A stretch of DNA of 40,861 nucleotides from Perkinsus olseni (lineage: Eukaryota). The stretch spans positions 1-40,861 of the forward strand of contig JABANN010000305.1 of NCBI GenBank assembly GCA_013115125.1, written 5' to 3'. Shown here in pieces: positions 34,798 to 40,861 of the stretch (its first letter is position 1; the number at the start of each line of letters is the position of its first letter). A program made the translations under genes and the position numbers. The notes beneath the pieces are model-generated. The model did no database searches, was not told the origin of the DNA, and saw only the letters and a list, made by a program, of their open reading frames with translations.

Positions 34798-35747
34798 TCA
34801 CCGACCGGACAACCGGTGGGCGGCCTCCTTCTGTTTGAGTGCAGCTTCCTGCTGTCGAGACATAATTCTGTTTTCGGGAACCCAGAACTTCTCCGGACTT
34901 CTCCGCTTGTGCTCGTAATGAGGGTACCGGATGTACCTGATCTGTCACGTCAGCCGGATGTCCCGAAAAATACGCTATCACATAAGGTTGTGGAAGAGCT
35001 GCAATTTGACTTGCTCCAGCTCGGTGAGATCTTGCCGGAATTGGTTGTAATACCTAACGCGCTCATGCCCAGCCGCCACTTCTCATGTGGGGCCTCTCAC
35101 ATGACGTGCAACTTGAGCTCCCTCGGAAGCGCCTCCGGCTCGCTCTTGATAGCCTCATCGTAGAGATCTGCTGGCAGCTGGGCGATGGCTGCGTGTGCTA
35201 GACGTTCAGCCTCCTCCTCATGTTTCCTACAGTGTGTATACTATTGCCCTGAAGAAGCCCAACGGCGCCCACCTGAACCCTTCGGTGTATTTCCGCTGCA
35301 TGTCCTGGAAGCGACCAAGCTCTTCCTCGTACTCTTTCCGATCACTTTCTGTATCCTCCGGCTTCAGTGGAGAGAAAATGAAGTTCATCAGGGCCTCGAT
35401 CTGAGGAAGATCGACTCTGCGGTCCCCTAATTGATGCAGAAAAACAAGTGGAAGGATGATAACCCTCAGGCTTCGGGGTTACCTGTTCCGGATTACTGAA
35501 GAAGCGAGTTGTGACACGGACGTACTCACGAGGGATGTAGGGTACCAGCTCGGAACCCGGAGCCATCGCGTCGGTCTAAGAAATTATTCTTTCAACGGGG
35601 AATCTATCCAGCCTCAAGCGAGAGGCTTACAACTTTTTTAGCAGAGGGCTGAAAACGGCCCTTAGCCTTCTGTTTCTTGAGCTTTCTCATGGGTAGCTCC
35701 ACCCTACTACTCTGCCTAAGCAGACTGACACTCCCCCTTGCGGTCAT
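34798..35747 (-). CDS. Probable mitochondrial large-subunit ribosomal protein mL40 (MRP-L28 family), multi-exon
   Basis: R/S/L-rich N-terminus MTARGSVSLLRQSSR (presequence-like) and basic MRKLKKQKAKG. The spliced core RKHEEEAERLAHAAIAQLPADLYDEAIKSEPEALPREL resembles the mL40 motif A(I/L)xxLPxxLYxxA...P. The gene model is solid; the family assignment is from motif recall only. Confidence 0.55.
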
Positions 35748-36612
35748 TTTAAGCAGACAAACTGAGTTGATCAGCAAAAGATTCGTGATGATGTACTCGT
35801 CGCAGTGAGCACCACAGTTCTACACGAAAGGAGCAAACGCGTCAGCTGACCTAATCACGGGTAAAGGCTTCACCGTAAAGCCTTCAGCACGGAATTGTTT
35901 GGCAGAAACCAGCGCAAACAGGGCGTTCTGATTCGAAAAGCTTGCCTGAGTCGTCCCAATTTCCCACTTGATCAACCCAAAGACGTTAGCGCGACACATT
36001 TATGTTAGCTAGAAACTAACGTAGCATGCACGTCTATGGTGGAGAATTGTTCACCTTTGAAACACGCCCACTGGAAAGAGCGTCCTCTATGGTTGGGGGC
36101 CTTACGAGCACTGCCCGTTCGAACTGAACGGTTCGATCATGGGTCGCGATCCAAGTCATTCTATTCATGATCGTTTCATCAGTCATGATATCAAGACTCA
36201 TACAGTATGATATACTGTAAGGCTTCTCGCCCGAGCCATGACTAGCCCCTCAGTCACAAGTATAGCCTGAACCCACCCCTCACAAAGGCTTCGGGATGAA
36301 GTTTGTACCCGTTTGTACCCGTAAGTGTAAGTCTCCTGAGAGGGTTATGCGGTAAATACCTTACCCACCGACACTATCCACGTCTGATCAGAGGCCGTAA
36401 CTGCAGGATCCGCACCGCGAAGCTCACCTCTAAACAAAGGGCGAGCGAGACCCAATCTTGCGCCGCAAACGATATCGTCGCTCGCCACGGGTGCGTTTCG
36501 TAACGGTTACTCCAGCTCACGTGAATTCTGCGTTGTTGCATAATCCCAGCATGATGGTATATAGATACTGTTGATACTCCTACTTTGGCAGCTTTGGATA
36601 AAGCCTTACTCA

Positions 36613-37056
36613 ATGCTCATGCTTGCCGCTCGCCTTGGCCTCGCGGCCGTGTTGGGATCCGCTACAAGCAATCCGTACCCTCTCCTCTCAGAGCTCTGGT
36701 GGGGCTGGGAGCAAGAGTGTAACCCCTCTTGGGGTCTTCCGGACGCCGCCCCGGTGTCCTGCGCCGAGGACTTCTCAGGTAACTTGTCCGACATCATGCT
36801 CGTCACTTCAACCCCGCCCATTCCGGTGGAGACCTCGACCTCACCATGCTCTCCACAGAGCCCAACCGAATCCACTCCACCACCGACTTCGACCTCAACA
36901 AGCCCGTCCAAGGTCTCCACCTCGCCGGTTCCCCCGGAGAAGACAAATTCTCATCGCGGCTCCTTGCGAGCCGCTAATAATGGTGCGTGGGCGACTCGAA
37001 AGCTCACGTTGGATACTGTGCTCGCCATTATTTCCGTCATGTTGATGCTCAATTGA
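36613..37056 (+). CDS. Intronless GPI-anchored mucin-like surface protein (147 aa)
   Basis: Signal peptide MLMLAARLGLAAVLGSATS, a short Trp/Cys region, and a Ser/Thr/Pro-rich stalk (TSTPPIPVETSTSPCSPQSPTESTPPPTSTSTSPS). Small-residue omega region ANNGA, then hydrophobic C-terminus TVLAIISVMLMLN-stop with no cytosolic tail. Confidence 0.72.
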   Translation: MLMLAARLGLAAVLGSATSNPYPLLSELWWGWEQECNPSWGLPDAAPVSCAEDFSGNLSDIMLVTSTPPIPVETSTSPCSPQSPTESTPPPTSTSTSPSKVSTSPVPPEKTNSHRGSLRAANNGAWATRKLTLDTVLAIISVMLMLN

Positions 37057-37279
37057 ATAGTTTTGATGAGAATGCAATGGTAATGACATGATATTATGAA
37101 AACCCCGCCGTTTTGTGTTCAATAAGTGAAATTGAGTGGGGAACGTAACAGATTGCAACTCAATTATTGCCTCTGCTATGATCATTCTATGCCTGCTTTC
37201 ATTGAGACAGTCGTTCAAAGCGCGGCTGTGACAGGTTGGCCATAGCAATGCCATAGCCCATGGCAATCGGCAAGGCACT

Positions 37280-37314
37280 CTCATACTCCAATACCTACTC
37301 ATACTCCAATACCT
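37280..37314. repeat. Short tandem duplication (17-bp unit twice, period 18)
   Basis: ctcatactccaatacct at 37280-37296 and 37298-37314. Confidence 0.9.
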
Positions 37315-37969
37315 GCGTCTGCTCAAGATTTCTGCCATGACCTGATGGAGCATCGGTGAACAGATGAGAATGTCATCGAAACGTATCCCCGGGCGACCTA
37401 GACAGCCCAGTCAACGTACGGTGGTCCATAGTTGAACTACAGGCCTCACATTGACCCATCACCGACGGTGATTCACCGTCGACCGAAGGATCGCGTCGCG
37501 CACTTCGGTAAAAGAATGTAAACCACCTTCCGCGAGTTACCTCATCCCAATTGAGTGTAGTAGTGTCAGGCTTCGGGCAATAGTCACAGGCTCCACTCAA
37601 TCCTCCAGTATAGTCATCCGGGATGACTCATCCCACATGATTTCTCATGTCCCGCTGCCGAGCGGCAGGAGCGGCAGTGGGCCCCACCATACCAGGGTGA
37701 GAAACATATCTCAAGCTGCCACAGCTTAGCTGTGACAGAACTCCTACCGCAGGAGACAACAAGCTACGCGGCGCGAGATGAAGTGCCTCAGAAGACCCAA
37801 TTTCTAAGCCCCTCCCCATTGCCCGTGATCAGATTGATAGAACCCAATCCTGTGACTAGCAGCTATCAAACAGACGTTAAATGTGAACTAAGGAAACGGC
37901 AATCGCTCTTCCCTTCCTTCTGCTAGGTGCACTGTACTTCGTTTCTGACAGGTAGGATACAACACCAGC

Positions 37970-40714
37970 TCAGTCCCACAGCTTAATCTTGCCATCCCAA
38001 CCAGCCGTGACTACTCGACTAGCCTGGTTGGGGTGCCATAAGCAGGAGATGCAACAACCATCATGAGCCTTCAAAGTGCGATATCTGACGGGCGAGAGCA
38101 GTCGTACCGCCAATAGAACCTCGTGACAGCACTGTCCTACAGTTTGCATGACTTCCAGTCCCAGAAGTGTAACCGCCCATCGCCATCACCAGACATGAGG
38201 TACCTTACAAAGATCGGCTAAATACGAATCCCAGGTCTATGAGGGCTACCTCCCATCAGCTGAGAACCCAGGCTCTATAGCGTATCCCGTATTGTTGAAG
38301 CCGGTGAATCGTTTCCGACCTTGCAACCTGACAAAAAAGATACCGCCTTCACTGTCACAGGAAGTGGTGCCGCCTACTTGAAGCCTCCATAAGCCTGGTA
38401 AACCACTATCTGGTTGTTCATTGACTGACACGCCATGAACTTCTGACTAGGATGAACTGTCACTGCTGGTATCGAGGACCTATTAAGCATGGTCATCGAG
38501 GCCTACTTTACCCCTACAATCGCTTTACATCCCAGGCTCCGCTATGTATTTATCCACCACGGGTATGCCCCAGTGCCATACAAACATCTTCCTATCATCA
38601 GAGGTGGTCACCAACCTAGATGGGAGAATTCGATCGCAATTGCAGTAGGGGCCGATACCTCTTCCCGTCGTCACAGATGGTCACTGTATTAACAGCCCGC
38701 AAATGGTCCTCATAAAGCTGTGTCGGCTCATCTCCAGGAGAATTGACGTCGAACTGCGCTGCCTTCTTATCATGGCAGGCCACTACGAAGGAGTTAAGCT
38801 CAGTAGGATGCACCTAATACATCGGAGTCCCGGCCCACGAGAAGCACTCGTTACTACCGCTAGGTTGTAGCAGCTGCTGCCAAGATCGAATTTCCTTATG
38901 ATTTTTCCCGTCTCGGTATCCCAATAGTTGACGTGATGATCATAGGAGCACGACACAAACTTGGTACCATCCCCGATGAACTGGACCTGAATTTCGTGGC
39001 GCAGTGATACTTCCCATCAGCTCTGCCGAGAATTACATCTCTAACACCCTTTTCATGCCCTGTATAGGTGATCCGGCAGGACCTAGTGTTGTAATAGTCC
39101 CAGATCTTAACTGTGCCATCCAACCCAGCCGACATAAGCAGATGTGCCGTCTTCGGGAAGAAGCGTATCTATGGCCAGCATCGACCTAAGATATCCCTCA
39201 TCCTAGTCACTACCGCCTGGACTCCTTGAGTATGCCCCTCCCAAGTGTGTATCCATTTCTTGGGGAGATAGCAGGTCTTATTCCTATAATCATCTTCATC
39301 CTCAATGTACTCCATCTGCCTGGCCTGTATCTGAGCTTTCCAGTACGTCGCCCAAAATGATCGGCTTTTAGCACCCTCAGCTGCTTCTTAGTCTGCTGTG
39401 GCGGGCACTCCATCCAGCTCCTGCCTTGGTAGTCCACCTTAGGCTTACTCCCATGCCACTGTGAAGTAGTAGATCCAGGATCCTGCCGAAAGAAGATCCA
39501 GACCTATCAACTGCCGCACGTTTCTCAACGCTCATATCAACCAGTTGGAGTGAGAACCGCAGATCGCACATTTCATCCCAAATATGAACTTTTCCCTGTA
39601 CGACCTTTTTATCCTTCTCAGCGAGCTCTTCCTTCTTCTTCTCTTCCGCCTCTTCAGCCTCCTTCTTCTTGGCTTCCTCAGCATCAGTTCGCTCCTTCTG
39701 TTCAGCTTGATGGCGCTCGAAAGCCTCGGCCTCTCCCTCGAACCCAGCCAAAGGGCCTGAACACAAGCATTCAATGACAACAAACACTCCCATTACAACT
39801 ATCCTTTATCTGCGCATACGAAATTGAAAGCGACCCGTTCTCGACCAGTGAAACACTGCGAAAGAGAAAATACCGGAATAGCACCTTGGAAGTCGTCCAC
39901 ATCAGCGGGGTCACTATTCCTGAGCCTCTTCCGGCTTTCATCGTTCTTGAGACCCCCCGAAAATACCCCCATGCCGCTCTTGAGTCGCTCCTCGTCGACC
40001 TAACAAATGCCTCAACACTTTCAATCTGCCAGTAGCCTAGAGGGCCAGTAACCCATACTACCTTCGTCACAAGGCCTTCCATCTCTCGTTCCCGCTTGGT
40101 CATCCCTTGTCCTGCTTTAATCAGCCGTCCATCCGGGGCCTCTGCGAAACCGAAGGACTGGAATGTGTTGTACCTGCATCAATCTTGGATACTTCTACTA
40201 CCCAGCCGTACGAGACCTTACTGTCTATCGAAGTTGAAGTTTGACATGTGAGTGGCCTCAACCCTGCCGCCAGCAAAGGTCCTATTCCTCCCGAAGTGGA
40301 TCCCGGCTCCTCCCTCTCCTGCAACACATCCAACTCCCAACAGCCCCCCAAAAGCCGAGCGCTCTCTCCGGCTCACGTCGAGAATTCTTATCCTCCTTCT
40401 GCATAACAGTAATAGTATGCTCAAGGTCTCGAGCAGTCGGGTTGGTCATCAACGCCTGATCGGAAGTGTGTGAGATCAGCGGGGTTGTCGCCAGGCCTTC
40501 TCCTACATTAGTTTTCGAGTCTACCTCTATCCGCTGTGGCCCTAGCATGCTGTCTATATTGACATCAGGTGCGACCTAAAAGCGGGCTAATACCACTCCT
40601 TCCCCAACACTTCCATTGCACTACCAATGACTGCATGTGAGGTAACTGTACTCTAACAGGCTTCTTCACCTCTGCCGTGTCACTACCGTTATCACTGTCG
40701 TAGCCGGAAAGCAT
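37970..40714 (-). CDS. CDC40: Pre-mRNA splicing factor CDC40/PRP17 (WD40), multi-exon
   Basis: LYGPQRI...[31 protein letters not shown] and [22 protein letters not shown]40 repeats [89 protein letters not shown] and [26 protein letters not shown]. Confidence 0.95.
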
Positions 40715-40861
40715 GACAACAAGGGTTTACAACAGAAGAAGAGGCCCTACAGGGATGATGTCTTTCAAGGGATCGGATAGACTCGTACCTGCAAATCCTG
40801 CTCCGATGCACACGACCCACCCTAAACTCGTCGAACTCGACTCGTCCCGCCCTGCCGATGA

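Noticed and set aside
36201..36322. Inverted repeat TACAGTAT-GAT-ATACTGTA and the 10-bp tandem gtttgtaccc x2
   Set aside because: Too short and isolated to support a function or a mobile element.
1..40861. Spliced-leader RNA gene or SL relic (CCGTAGCCAT...GGCTCAAG)
   Set aside because: Only GCTCAAG partial matches in unrelated contexts (e.g. about 35680, 37321, 40420). I saw no full leader.

Overview
Eukaryotic, gene-dense genomic DNA with very many short (mostly about 40-60 nt) GT-AG introns. Most raw ORFs in the track are therefore exon fragments or antisense shadows. The intron style, compact same-strand gene runs and gene content fit an alveolate protist, most likely Perkinsus (an inference, not proven). 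Manually spliced gene models, left to right: a small EGF-like/TM protein (-); a coiled-coil protein with a 2x internal repeat (-); a GDP-D-glucose/GDP-L-galactose phosphorylase of the GDPGP1/VTC2 HIT family (-); a ~10 kb VPS13-family lipid-transfer gene (-); one or two poorly resolved hypothetical genes (-); an RPGRIP1L/MKS5-like ciliary transition-zone gene (+); an N-acylated MORN-repeat protein (-); ER HSP90/GRP94 with 22 exons ending in DDEL (+); an F-box-like plus TBC Rab-GAP (+); two coiled-coil hypotheticals (-); a probable mitoribosomal mL40 (-); an intronless GPI-anchored mucin-like protein (+); and the splicing factor CDC40/PRP17 (-). No rRNA, tRNA, CRISPR, SL RNA or intact transposon was recognised. 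The most unusual signals are (1) a 210-nt GDPGP1 intron with stacked hairpins and mutually exclusive pairings to its own splice sites, part of a wider pattern of stems in above-average-length introns, (2) C-terminally shortened VPS13 and RPGRIP1L, (3) the F-box-like/TBC fusion, and (4) a 71-nt intergenic spacer holding an orphan splice acceptor, suggesting polycistronic transcription with trans-splicing. All models and RNA folds were derived by eye.
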